Shown here: one piece after another, positions 13,086 to 26,178 of the stretch
Layout of the letters: the number at the start of each line of letters is the position of its first letter
Numbering within the stretch: the stretch's first letter is position 1
From: Octopus bimaculoides
Lineage: Eukaryota
Direction of reading: 5' to 3'
NCBI RefSeq assembly: GCF_001194135.2
Contig: NC_068999.1
Coordinates: 15,705,985 to 15,753,926, forward strand
DNA length: 47,942 nucleotides
Notes under the pieces: model-generated
What the model was told of the DNA's origin: nothing
The model's database searches: none
The model's input: the letters and a program-made list of their open reading frames with translations, nothing else
Made by a program: the position numbers and the translations under genes

Positions 13086-13574
13086 GACATGCGCGCGCAA
13101 ACACACACACACACACACACATACACACATACACACAACTATAGTCCAGTTCTTCATTTTCTTTCTGATTCAAATCGCATTGTGGTTAACATTACTTTTC
13201 ACCGGGAGGAAAATAACAGTTTCAGTGAAATATTGGGGGCAGAGGCATAGAGTAACGCACTCCCTTAAATCGCTGTAGTTTCCCTAAAATATGAAATCAA
13301 CGTCATCGTCGTCATCATCATATTTTTGTTATCATTTACGTTATTGTTGCTTTGTTTTATATGAGTTGTTCCAACTTTCACCCAAAGACACCATATACAG
13401 CAAATTGGGCGTTTTTTTATGGGTGTTATTTATGATTAACAATGATATATTGTACGGGAAAAAGATCGGGATTTGAGAAATATAATTCTGTTAAATTTTT
13501 GAAGACTTTTGCCAGAATCAAGTACTTTGAGGTTAACTAAGTCCCCACTAGGATGTACTCATTAGGATGTACTC

Positions 13575-13660
13575 CTTCTCTTCCTCCTCCTCCTTCCTTT
13601 TTTTTTCCTTCTTCTTCTTCTTCTTCTTCTTCTTCTTCTCCTCCTCATTATTGTTATTAC

Positions 13661-13694
<34 letters not shown>

Positions 13695-13703
13695 ATTATT
13701 TTA

Positions 13704-13740
<37 letters not shown>
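13575..13740. repeat. Compound trinucleotide microsatellite (CCT/CTT)n-(ATT)n
   Basis: Directly visible in the sequence. Confidence 0.95.
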
Positions 13741-13741
<1 letters not shown>

Positions 13742-15141
13742 TGATACCTTTATCGTAGTTCAAAGGTTTATGGTTATGATACTCAGATGCTGAAGTAATA
13801 ATACGCTCTTTGCATAACGGTGATCTTGCAACATGTCTCTCCTGGCGAAAATGACTATTGGTATTCGCAATTGGTATCCTTCGGAAACGAGCAAATATAT
13901 CCCAGACAAAAATGCTAGGGTTTACATAATCGACATGAACCATCCATGCGTGGATAGTTGCAGTTGAGTGATTGCCACCAATGACAGAACATTAAAGGCA
14001 GAAATAATTTCTTTTAAAACCATGATATGTAAAGTAAGATTACACATTGCTGTACATTGTACTGTTTTCTTTCAACATATAAACGTACCTCACCGTGAAA
14101 GAAATAAATTGAATCGGCAAGTAATACACATTCGCACAAAGTATACAAGCATGTTTGCACACTTATGTATGAACGTAAGCAAAATACATACACGCATTAA
14201 AATATGCGAACACATACATGAAGAATTGCAGGTAAGAAAATACACATCCGCATGTATATATTATAAGTATGTATATGCAAAAGTGCGTGTGCGCTCAAGC
14301 ACGCGTACGTGTAAACATATTGGGGTGGTTGTATAAGAACACATATATACACATGCACATATACATTCACATCTACAGAATACATATATATTCCTTTGCA
14401 TATATTCACGCAAAAATATGTATGTATATGCTTCACAATATATATATGTGTGTTTGTGAGAGTGCATATATGTATGCATGTATGTATGTATGTATGTGTT
14501 TTTAAAAAATATATTTTTTTAAATACGTAGGAGCAGAATTGATAGATAGAAATATGCGCATGAGTTTGTGAGTATACCCACATGAATGTGCAAATAATTA
14601 TATATANNNNNNNNNNATATATATATATATACGCATATAAATCGGTAAACGGATGTGGGTATATACGCGGGAGGATGTTTTTGCGTGCATCGGTATATGT
14701 GGGTGGGTGTTTATGTGCTTATGTACGTCTGTGTATATAGTTGATCACAGATTTATTCACGCATTGATCTGTGTGTATGACCGAAATATCTCCGAAGGCA
14801 CCAATATATCACACTCCAACGATCCACAGAGTCAATGAAATTAAATGACGCAAGGAAAGTACACATCGATATTCTTGAATCCTTCTCAGATACAAACCAA
14901 TGAATATAGATTTTCAATGATTTCCTACATTTCCATGCGTTCGCCTTACTTTCTCCTTTCTGTATTCCGGCCGACATAATATGAATGTGTCCATATTCCG
15001 TGAATGAATAAATCTGGCGAGAATGGTTTCCTATTTTATTTGAGAATATTGCATATACATATATGAATGTATACATACATACCACACACACAGAGATATA
15101 CACACATATATATATGTATATATATATACGCACACAGATAA

Positions 15142-15190
<49 letters not shown>

Positions 15191-15330
15191 TAAACATACA
15201 AATGCTTATACAATCACACAGACAAACACACATATATATGCCTATATACACACGCTACACACTCATGTAAGAATTTCTGTTTGAATAAGTCTGAATTAAT
15301 ATTTGTATACATAGACTTCAAATAACATTC

Positions 15331-15371
<41 letters not shown>
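15331..15371. repeat. (AAT)n microsatellite
   Basis: Perfect run, directly visible. Confidence 0.95.
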
Positions 15372-15373
<2 letters not shown>

Positions 15374-15992
15374 AAAGAAGGAACACAACAATAACAACAC
15401 CACTAATAAATAAATAAGCAAACAAATGGTTCAATATTTCAAGAAGCCCCTTTTGGAATCTGCTTAATATCAGATTCTTTAATATTTATGTTTATATTTC
15501 TCTTTCATGCATTCAATATGATTATTTTTGCGCTTCTGATGTACGTGTAGATACACACACACACTCATGCACACTCTCACATACACACAAATGCATAAAT
15601 ACATCTATATACATCTCACTCTTTTTCTGTATATATATGTGCGTGTTTATTTATGTATGTATATATGTATGTATGTATGTATGTAATGCATCTACGTACG
15701 ATAGGTCGGGTGATATGCGGTTATGCGTATTTCACATTAGCTATAGCCCTGCCTGCATTAATCATATATAAAGTAAGTTAAATCCACGGAAGTGTGGTAC
15801 AGTGACAAAATGCACGCAAACATATTTTTCTATACAAACGCAAGATTCAATAGATCAACGGTACATATTAAATATTGGATATTACATAAAAGCTGTGTCG
15901 GTAATATTATTTGAAATCATGTTGTCGAAAGTCGTCAGTGATTATGAGCATATATACATACATGCATACATACATACATACATATATGCATG

Positions 15993-16064
15993 CATGCATG
16001 CATACATATATACATACATGCATGCATACATATATACATACATGCATGCATACATATATACATA
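15993..16064. repeat. 24-bp minisatellite, three exact copies (CATGCATGCATACATATATACATA)
   Basis: Units lie at 15993-16016, 16017-16040 and 16041-16064, inside a degenerate (TACA/TGCA)n field. Confidence 0.9.
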
Positions 16065-17014
16065 CATACATAGGTGTATATATATAGAAATATATATATA
16101 TATATATATTATATATATACATATATATATATGTAATTAAAATTATTTTTGTTGTTATTATTATTACGAATCCCATTATTATTATTATCAATACTTGTAG
16201 TACTTGAAGTAATAGGAAAGGAGTAAGAGAAGGAGGGTAAAGCGGAAGAGGGGCGAGTGGTGCTGCAGTAGTTGTAGTAGCAGAAGCGTATGCTAAAATA
16301 TGAATCGTAATCCTTAATTTCATGATCACGCTAATCCAACAAAACGGTTATTTACTGCAGAACCTTCACTCATGTGTTCATTTACTCGATATCTTCATGA
16401 ACAATCGCGGTCTCCATTTTTTTTCTTGTGCTTTATACATATGATACCGACTAAATTAAAACATCATAAATTATCGTATATTATTGCTATGTAATATCAC
16501 GTTGTTATAGCCTAAGACTTCAATCCATGCCGAATAGTTAAACTGAATTTTCATCGACAATCAATCAAATCTGAATGTGCTTTCGATTAACATTTTGATA
16601 TATATGAGAATATTTCTTATTCTTACTCCATACACAGTTTTCAACACCAGTCTTTCGAATAATCGGTGTCGTGACACTCAATAAATGTTTTCATAAAACG
16701 GATACATTCGTCTATAAATAAGATCTGGGATCACGGACCACTCAAAAGTTATCTATGTTTTAAAATACTGAATGGTTAAGCTTTATTTTTTTTTAAGTAA
16801 TTAATTTTTTAAGTAATTTTAAGTAATTTAAATAATTTACATCGTTGTAAAATTTTTTACTGAGAATTATGTTTTGAAAGATTTGAGAAGACTTCGCACC
16901 ATTTTACCTGGGAGAATTAAACCAAACTTCTAAATAACACACATAAAAATATTAATTCTCCATCGTAAACGAACCCGTATATTAGTTGTCACACTTTTTT
17001 TTTTCATTATTATT

Positions 17015-17190
17015 AAACTTGCGACGTTTCTTCCAGTTCTCTACGTTCTGAGTTCAATTCTTAGTGCGACCTACATTGCCTTTTCTCTCTTAGGAGTCAA
17101 TAAAACAATGTAGAGGGGTCTGATGTTAGCGGATAATCTCTCGCCCCCTCAAAACCATTGGCTTCGTACCGATAAGAGAAACAATTATTA
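17015..17190 (+). mobile_element. SINE family A, heavily degraded
   Basis: ctacgttctgagttcaattc followed by a degenerate cgacc..ttgcctttt...gagtcaataaaa block. Confidence 0.5.
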
Positions 17191-17905
17191 CTGCTATTCA
17201 CTCACCCACCCTTTCTGCATTTCACTTGCCCTTTATATTATATTGTGGTATTTTCATTGTACTCTTGCACTATTATCACTTTAGGTTTATTATATAAATA
17301 ATCAATGTTAGCAAATTCCCCTCATATTTCTTCATATTATCTCATACTTCACCGTTCCTACCCTAATTTAACTAATACTAGTCCCTCATTGATCGCCCTT
17401 AACTGTTATCGATTTTCGATAATCTCATTGCATTATTTATCTAGTGAGAGAGTTCCTCAATTCAATATTCTATCAAATCATTATTTTAACAAATCGCTAA
17501 TTCACTAAATTAGGAATTCTTTTTCACATTTTTAACCCTATTCCCCAAAATAGCAAACACCTCTTCTCTTTATCTTTCTGACCTACTTGCACTTCTCCGG
17601 TGAATTTGCATATCGCCATCTGATTACTTCCCTACATCAACAACAGACGGAATGTCAGTTTAGTACTAGATGTACACCTAAATTTATATTTTTGACTATT
17701 ACCTTTATTATCAAAAGTATTTCACTGATTATAGTTTTCACTTTCTTTCTCATGTTTTAAATTTTGTTAACAAATCCGTTCAAACTAGTTTCTAAACATA
17801 ACCTCGAAAATCCTGCCTAATACGCGCAGGCGTTACTCGTCAGCAACCTCGGAGGAATTTGAACTCAGAGCTTAAACATCGTCTGATGATATTAATATTG
17901 CTTTG

Positions 17906-18548
17906 AAGGCAGCGAGCTGGCAGAAACGTTAGCACACCGGGGGAAATGCTTAGCGGCATTTCATCTGCCGCTACGTTCTGAGTTCAAATTCCGCAGAGGT
18001 CGACTTTGCTTTTCATCTTTTCGGGGTCGATATGCACCGGGGTCGATGTAATCGACCTAATCCAATTGTCTGTCCTTGTTTGTCCCGTCTATGTTTAGCC
18101 CCTTGTGGACAATAAAGAAATAAGAAACGTTAGCACGCCATGCTAAATGCTTAGCGGTATTTCGTGTGTCTTTACGTTCTGAGTTCAAATTCCGTCGAGG
18201 TCGAACTTGCTTTTCGGAGTCGACAAATTAGTAACCAGTTGCGTACTGGGTCGATCTAATCGATTGGCCCCCTACTATAAAATTTCGGGCCTTGTGCCTA
18301 GAGTAGGAAAGAATCATTTAAAGGCGTCAAGTTAGCAGAAACGTTAGCATGCCAGGCGAAATGCTTAGCAGTATTTCGTCTGTCTTTATGTTCTGAGTTC
18401 AAATTCCACCGAGGTCGCCTTTATCTTTCATCCTTTCGGGGTCGATAAATTAAGTACCATTTGCATGCTGGAGTCGATCTAATCGACTGGCTACCTCCCC
18501 CACCAACATTTCGGGCCTTGTGCTTAGAGTTGAAAAGGACATTGATAA
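17906..18548 (+). mobile_element. Head-to-tail array of three SINE family A units
   Basis: Units lie at ~17906-18123, 18124-18318 and 18320-18548. Each contains gaaacgttagca...aaatgcttagc...gttctgagttcaaattcc...gaggtcg. Inverted fragments of the same family flank the array at 17847-17870 and 18546-18605. Confidence 0.9.
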
Positions 18549-19437
18549 TTGGTTTGAAATTTAGGTCAGCAGTTTGGAGGAGAGGTCAAGTCAATTACAC
18601 TGACCTTAAAGCTCGACTGTTAGTAGTCGTTGACAAGTGTCGTTATGGTCTGTTGCTCAACAATATCGAAGTTAGAGACACGTATAAGCTACAACTGCTG
18701 CTGAAGAACAAAATTTATAATGATAGGAAATTTGCATACTTCTCCTTGACATATTTTGAAGGCTCATTTTTGGATCTACACTCCAAACACTCGGTCGCAG
18801 CAAATAATTTTTTGTCAGGGTAGATATGTTTACGTTTATAGATAAACGACAGTTAGCAGTCATGGAAGCATTTCTGTGCCACGGGACGTAAATCGTGCTA
18901 GATATTCTACATTTTCTTTATTAGACACAGTTGAGATTCTTTCATCACCTTTCTTTAATTCAGATAGACATAACACCATAGTATTGACTACACATAAACT
19001 TATGCACTTTTACTCATTACATATTTGGTTTAGATGAAGAGATACTTTGGAATCATTGTTTCAAATGTCCCAATAGAATACCCCCGCAGTGATTATTTCT
19101 GTATTACGTCCAGTCTAGATCTATTTGTATACAAATGACTCAAAATCTCAATAACCATTAACCACTATACACTCTCTGTCTGAATGCGTCCCTTTGATTC
19201 AAAAATGGAAGATACGGTGTATAGTCTCCCAAATTTCTAAGCAGCATGCAATTGCTAAATATTTCCTGTGTTCTTTATATGTTGTTATACAGTATGTTCA
19301 TTGGTTATCTTTCGTTACAAAAAAAAGTATATATATAGTCATAAATCAGAGCAACAATTATCTCATCTGTCGTTGCGCACTGTTAGTGATTAAATAACTA
19401 GTTTGTGCGCACTTAAATCGTACTAAACAGTTTCATG

Positions 19438-19490
<53 letters not shown>

Positions 19491-19659
19491 GCATATAAAC
19501 ACATACGTGTGTTTCTGTATGCCTCTGTGTGTTACTTTGCTGTGTATGTATATCTGTGTGTGTGTGTAGCGTGTGCGTTTGTGTGTGCAGATACACATTA
19601 ATAAAGATAATATACCACATGTTATGATTATGTTTCCTATTTATATATTCAGAGATAGA

Positions 19660-19671
19660 TAGAGGAGAGCA

Positions 19672-19703
<32 letters not shown>

Positions 19704-19790
19704 GGGGGAAGAGAGAGAGGGAGAGAGAGAGAGAGAGAAAATGTGTGTTAGATACGAAAAGACATAATGAGAGAGAAAGAGAGAGAGAGA
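19660..19790. repeat. (GA)n-rich polypurine tract
   Basis: Directly visible in the sequence. Confidence 0.9.
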
Positions 19791-20598
19791 GGATGTATAT
19801 ATAAACATTTTCTTTTACATATAATTTTATCTCATTCATACGCTACATATTTTTATGCTATCTTTATTTCTTAAACTTCTCTTTTCTAAAAACCAAAAAA
19901 AAACAACACAAAATGAAAGAAAAGAATGATAAAGAAATAAACTTATATCAATGGCTTTGTTTTTAAGCATCTGAACTGTTCTAGAGTTTATTACAGTTTG
20001 CCTGAACATCGAAAAGCTGAATATCTGGTGCTAGTCATATTTTATTAATAAATGACACTCGGCGTCAACGGGAAGGTGTAGAAGGAAATAGTATTGTAGA
20101 TTCACACCTTCTCTAAACATAAGAAATCAATATTAGTAATAAGAATTTTTCTCCATCTTTTATTTTTCTGTTTGAAACGAACAATTCTGATGGAAAAAAT
20201 AAAGAAAAAAAAATACATATATATCTCTACATTTCTAGTAAACATCTGCATTTGATCGATTTCTTTTTGGTATTTTTTGAATTACATTGACTTCAGATAA
20301 CTCTGTTAGAGTTTCGGTTTAAAGAGAGACAAAACACACACACATACACACACACATATACATACATGCACTCAGACATTCACATACGTACGATCAAAAT
20401 CAAGCACACGCACACACACACACATATATATAGACTCAGCTACGCACACGAATGTACGTATATACGGGCATCTCCGAATGATATAAGATTTATAGAGCAA
20501 AGCAAGATCTATCTATCATTTACCTTTGTCATTTTGCTCCATCTGTCTCTCTATCTGCTGGAAATTCTGCTAGATTGAAGTTGTGTACATACACACAA

Positions 20599-20638
<40 letters not shown>

Positions 20639-22119
20639 ATGTACATATACATACATACATACACCCGCACCCACATTTATNNNNNNNNNNNNNNNNNNNN
20701 NNNNNNNNNNNNNNNNNNNNNNNNNNNNNNNNNNNNNNNNNNNNNNNNNNNNNNNNNNNNNNNNNNNNNNNNNNNNNNNNNNNNNNNNNNNNNNNNNNNN
20801 NNNNNNNNNNNNNNNNNNNNNNNNNNNNNNNNNNNNNNNNNNNNNNNNNNNNNNNNNNNNNNNNNNNNNNNNNNNNNNNNNNNNNNNNNNNNNNNNNNNN
20901 NNNNNNNNNNNNNNNNNNNNNNNNNNNNNNNNNNNNNNNNNNNNNNNNNNNNNNNNNNNNNNNNNNNNNNNNNNNNNNNNNNNNNNNNNNNNNNNNNNNN
21001 NNNNNNNNNNNNNNNNNNNNNNNNNNNNNNNNNNNNNNNNNNNNNNNNNNNNNNNNNNNNNNNNNNNNNNNNNNNNNNNNNNNNNNNNNNNNNNNNNNNN
21101 NNNNNNNNNNNNNNNNNNNNNNNNNNNNNNNNNNNNNNNNNNNNNNNNNNNNNNNNNNNNNNNNNNNNNNNNNNNNNNNNNNNNNNNNNNNNNNNNNNNN
21201 NNNNNNNNNNNNNNNNNNNNNNNNNNNNNNNNNNNNNNNNNNNNNNNNNNNNNNNNNNNNNNNNNNNNNNNNNNNNNNNNNNNNNNNNNNNNNNNNNNNN
21301 NNNNNNNNNNNNNNNNNNNNNNNNNNNNNNNNTTTTTTTTTTTTTTTTGTCATTTTATTCTGGCAATGAAAATTTGCGACACTTTCATAGAGTTGTGTGT
21401 TTCCAAAATCACTGTAGGAATTAATTCACGTCATATCTGTAGACTTGAACCTCCATTCGTACTAAGCAAGTGAAATGAATGACTATCATAGTTAATATTT
21501 CATCATATCACTATTTCCTAAAAAAATATTAAAATCAGATTGAGATAAAATGATTAGGATCGTTCATCTTAATCTCATTTTATCTTCTATTACAAATCTT
21601 TAGTGGGATGCTCCAAGCAGAACAGGCAGATTAGTTTTCCACCTAGACATCAGTTTCATAAACTACAAAATATAAATATCCACACTACCACACTGGAAAC
21701 ATCCCTGTTATAACTCTTTATCTCGATTTGAATGTACGTGAAAGTATTTAGAATGCTCAAAGTTATTTCTGCAAATGTGCTGAGCATTGATGCTGATCAT
21801 AGTTTTATCTGTAAGCGTAGAAGCAAGATAAATACAGTAAAATTAGGGAGGTGTCAGTAGGGCACCATTTAAGCAACCCTTCAGAAATTACGATACTCCC
21901 TGGGAGTTTCTGGTATGAAATTATTTGTCATTGCTCCGAGTTGGTCGCCAATCCCATGGATTTAGTTTAAAAGGGAGTAAAAGTAGGTAGGGCAGTGGGG
22001 CTCAAATTAGTCGGCCCTTAAAAAATAGAGCCCCTTATGATATTCCTTGGGATTAGGGGAGTTGCTCGTTTGAGTTTCGTTGTCGTTGCACCAACAGTCT
22101 AGGAGGAGTTAACGAACAT

Positions 22120-22166
<47 letters not shown>

Positions 22167-22900
22167 GTGAAAGAAATATGAACAGAAGTACACCATTATA
22201 AATATATACACATGCATAAAGTTAAACATACAAACACACATTGATAATTACACTTATCGCTTTGACACACAACACGCCAACAGACACGCCCAATCACACA
22301 TTCATATCACATTCATAGAAGTTTACACATATACACATGATACTTTTTCTTATTATTAGTGTCATGTGTTTACAGGACAGGAAGATTTGTCAGATATTTA
22401 CAGAGTAGCTGTGCTTTGTAATTAAGTTATAATCTTTATAAGAAAGAATTCAACATAAGTCATTCAATATATCTAGCTTAGTTTATCTTGAAGGCATGAC
22501 GACTGGGATGTCTTGCCGCAAATCAGAACGAATCGTCTGCTGCGTGATATCAACTAATCACCTGCAGCTGTATATTCTGAGATCAGAAGCAAAGATGGTT
22601 TCTTTTACTCTTAAATTCGATATATTATGCTAAAATAAATAGCTATACGCCGAAAAAGACAGGCACACATATACAGAGTCACTCATACATTCATATACAG
22701 ATGTATACATGAATGAAAAACATATATTTGTTTAAGTATGTGTATACGTGCATGCACATACACACGCATATATATATATATATATATATATANNNNNNNN
22801 NNATATGCATTACATATGGATAGATATACGCATTACAAAAACTTGTCTGCATAAAACTAAGTGTGTATTTATGTATGCATGGATTTGTGTGTGTTGTGTG

Positions 22901-22934
<34 letters not shown>

Positions 22935-24099
22935 AGAGTGAGTGTGTGTGTGTGTGTGTGTGCATATGATTCCACTGACTGTCTTCCTATTTATGAAAAA
23001 TGTGCTTAAAATATTAGTAACTGAATATTAATCTAATAACTTATAATATTTAAGTTCATATTCAATTATTCCAATTATTCCTATAAGCATCATATCATAG
23101 CATAATTGGAATACTTTTATATTAGATTCTTGTTAGAAATTCATTTAAAAGAATCCTAAATACATTTATTTATTTTTTTCATTTGCTGTAATATTATTTA
23201 AGATATTCTTTAATGCAACATATTTTGATGTATTGAATTAATTATATCGCAAAAATACTAGTTTAATTCTAAAATAGAACAAATTTAATTGCGGTCACAG
23301 AATGTAACTCGATTTTAAATGACAATTTTTTTGCCATTCTATACTTCTATGAGTAAATAAGATACCTATGTTTGCCACAATTTTTTTTTAAAATCCTTGT
23401 TATAGTTAGGTATATTGTTGATTTCTTTTGTAATGTGTTTACGTCACTAATTAATATACTTTCATTGGCATTTCTAAATTCATATTAAGTGATTTTTCAT
23501 AACGCAATAGCTCAATAATAATTATGGTGTAAATAAATATGCAGTTTTCATGTCTGAAATATTGACGATAATATGTAGAAAATTTAATTTTGTTTAATAA
23601 TTATTTCATTTTAGTTTTGCATAAAAAAGTCATTGCTTGCAAAGAAATCAATGCTAAAACCAGATTTATTTCTTATTCTTCAGAGAGGAAAAGGCAGTTA
23701 CTATGACCTATTATTACACCGAATTAAGAGGTGTTTCCTACACTTATAATGTTGCATCAGTGCGAGCTGAACGAAAATCATTCAAAGACAAAGGTGATAG
23801 TTTTAAACTGAGGGACGGATGAAATCTACCAGATAAGGACTAAGTATACACATTCCTTGCGCGAATACTGAAAAATAACTCGTCCGACGCTTTCATGATA
23901 TCCAGAATAAATTCCGTTTGTCATTTGCTGCGTGCCGTAAAGAATTTGCGAAATTATTGTACTATTTTATAAGGAAGGGTTGAACTTCCTTTTACATTAT
24001 TTACTGACGACAGGAGGTTTGAATACATGATACATTTCATACTTTAGAAATATATTTGCTGAAGGGCTGCACAAATATTTTCTCATTAGATTTATTGTA

Positions 24100-24489
24100 C
24101 ATTATTTAAATTATTTACAATTGACGGATATTTGTCCTCATCTTGTTTATTGTTAACACAACGTCTCTGCTGATATACCCTCCAGCCTTCATCAGGTGTC
24201 TTGGGGAAATTTCGAACTTGGGTTCTCATACCTAAGGTATTTTTCGATGTTGTTGTTGTTGTCATTATTATTATTATTAATAATAATATTTTTCAGGTCA
24301 CTGCCTGGAATAGAACTCGGAATCTTGGGGTTAGTAGCCCGCGCTCTTAACCACTACGCGATATGCCCGTGAGTGAACGCTGGAGAATAAATCAGCCGAA
24401 ACGTTGTATTAACAACAAACAAGATGAGGACACATATCCGTCAATAGTAAATAATGTACATAATTCCTCATCGCTTTAATATAGAACTG
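24100..24489. mobile_element. Non-autonomous retroelement: tRNA-like head, hammerhead-bearing repeat and inverted partial copy, with a 13-bp TSD (Penelope pLTR/retrozyme-like)
   Basis: The identical 13-mer TAGATTTATTGTA occurs at 24087-24099 and 24490-24502. Inverted arms of about 85 bp lie at ~24096-24187 and ~24379-24460. The minus strand 24368->24296 is a tRNA-like head (GGGCATATCGCGTAGTGGTTAAGAGCGCGGGCTACTAACCCCAAGATTCCGAGTTCTATTCCAGG), followed by (AAT/AAC)n and then a hammerhead motif. Confidence 0.8.
24155..24200 (-). ncRNA. Minimal type-I hammerhead ribozyme motif, degenerate in this copy
   Basis: The minus strand reads GACAC-CTGATGA-A-GGCTG-gagggtatat-CAGCa-GAgAC-GT-T-GTGTT. Helix I is GACAC/GTGTT and helix II is GGCTG/CAGC(C). 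The inverted arm at 24379-24410 keeps the unmutated 3' half, CAGCC-GAAAC-GTT. Confidence 0.7.
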
Positions 24490-25664
24490 TAGATTTATTG
24501 TAATGCTTTATTCGAATTTGGCCGCTCTATAACACTTGCAGTTATTGTGTTGACCTAGTTAAAAGGGGAATTTTATGCTACTGCCCTCATCTGCAACTCA
24601 CTTTGTTTATTTCACTATAAGACTGTTGTGTGAATGCACGTATCTAATTTTTTGATGCAACGTATAATTCATGTATTAAGAACACACATATTTTTTTCAC
24701 TGGTTCCAGTGAGTTTGCCGAGGCTATCTTTCACCACAGCTGTATACAATAGTTTTACATAGATAGCAGTTTAACGAATCGATGACTTATATTAGAGGAA
24801 AGAGAAAAAAAAACGCGAAAAGTTAATTACTTTGACACCGTATGTATTAAAGATCACTCCCTTAATGCATTACAAAAGAAGAAAACAAATATTTATGGTA
24901 TCATATTTTTGAAAAGTATATTATGATATTGAATTTTGTATAATGGTCCAAAAACTCATAAATATGCGGCTTAAATACTATTATCCTACTGTACAAGACA
25001 CACTTAACAGCCTGATATGGATGGGATTTCTATATACAATACGGAAAATTTAACAATTTATATTTTCATTGGTATATTCTTTCTGCTATCGCTAAAATTA
25101 TATTCCCACATTCCTTCCAAAAAAAAACAAAAAAAAACAGAGAAAAGAACAAAAAAACCCCATTAATAATCGAAAATCTCATATGTTCTCTAATTCACCC
25201 AACATATTATTCTGTCAATATTAATAAAATAATATATAAAAATGATAAGTCAGGCATATACCTATTTTATATTCGACTATTCTGAATAATAGCTACAGGT
25301 CTAGACATTAATGAGATTTTGAAAAATTAAGTTTAGAAATATGCAATATCATCTGGCACATCAACAGAATTCCAATACGTATATTTCCGAGAAAAGAATT
25401 CAAAAGGATGGTTGTGAAATTTCAAAACTTTCTATAATCTAATAAACGTATGCTGCTTTGAAAGAACGATATTGCTGAAATCCGGTTATGCTAACAGGCT
25501 TATTTGGAACAATTTTGTTATAATTAAATTAAATTCGCCATTGTGTAACAGGATATGAGTTACACCCCGCCCCATCAAACTCACGTGCAAAATTAGACAC
25601 ACAAATACATATAAACATACATATACACAGAAACTGTTTTTAAAATATTTTTTCTGACATTCCA

Positions 25665-25750
25665 CACATAGTCGTGTGGATAATATATTCGCTTCGAAAG
25701 TACTTGGTTCCGGGTTCGATGTCACTGAATATTATATTGGGCAATATTCA
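25665..25750 (+). mobile_element. SINE family B head fragment, degraded
   Basis: ggttccgggttcgatgtcactg...ttgggcaa resembles the family B B-box and the start of its CORE-like block. Confidence 0.45.
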
Positions 25751-26178
25751 GCAATTCTTTGCAATTATAACTGCTAGGTGACTCTTATTGCTGTGAATTG
25801 GCTAAAGCAGTGTAGATACCCGAGGACATATACATATACAAACACACACAAATACTCACGCATATGCGATGTTGATAAGCCACAAAAATAGGTAACCTTG
25901 TAACAGATTGGCGTCCAAGGCTGAGATGATAACTCAAGGAAATCATGTGAAAGGAAGTGTTGCGTGCCACGTTTTGTACTCAGCGATCGAAAGGAAGAAA
26001 AGTACCTTCCGTACTGTGAATCACGACTTAGACTGTTTATTTTTAAATATAGGTGTGTGTGTGTCTACACATTTAAATAATATGTATATATATATATATA
26101 TACAAACATTTATGATAGAACTTAAGAAGTAAAGAAACTAATGAAAGAGCTAATCGAAAAGTAGAAATATGTACTTAC

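Noticed and set aside
13701-13943. 80-aa minus-strand ORF in comparatively complex sequence
   Set aside because: No recognisable domain and no convincing acceptor. It ends in the (ATT)n repeat.
17812-17843. CCTGC/GCAGG hairpin next to a minus-strand CTGACGA
   Set aside because: No GAAA follows the stem, so it is not a hammerhead.
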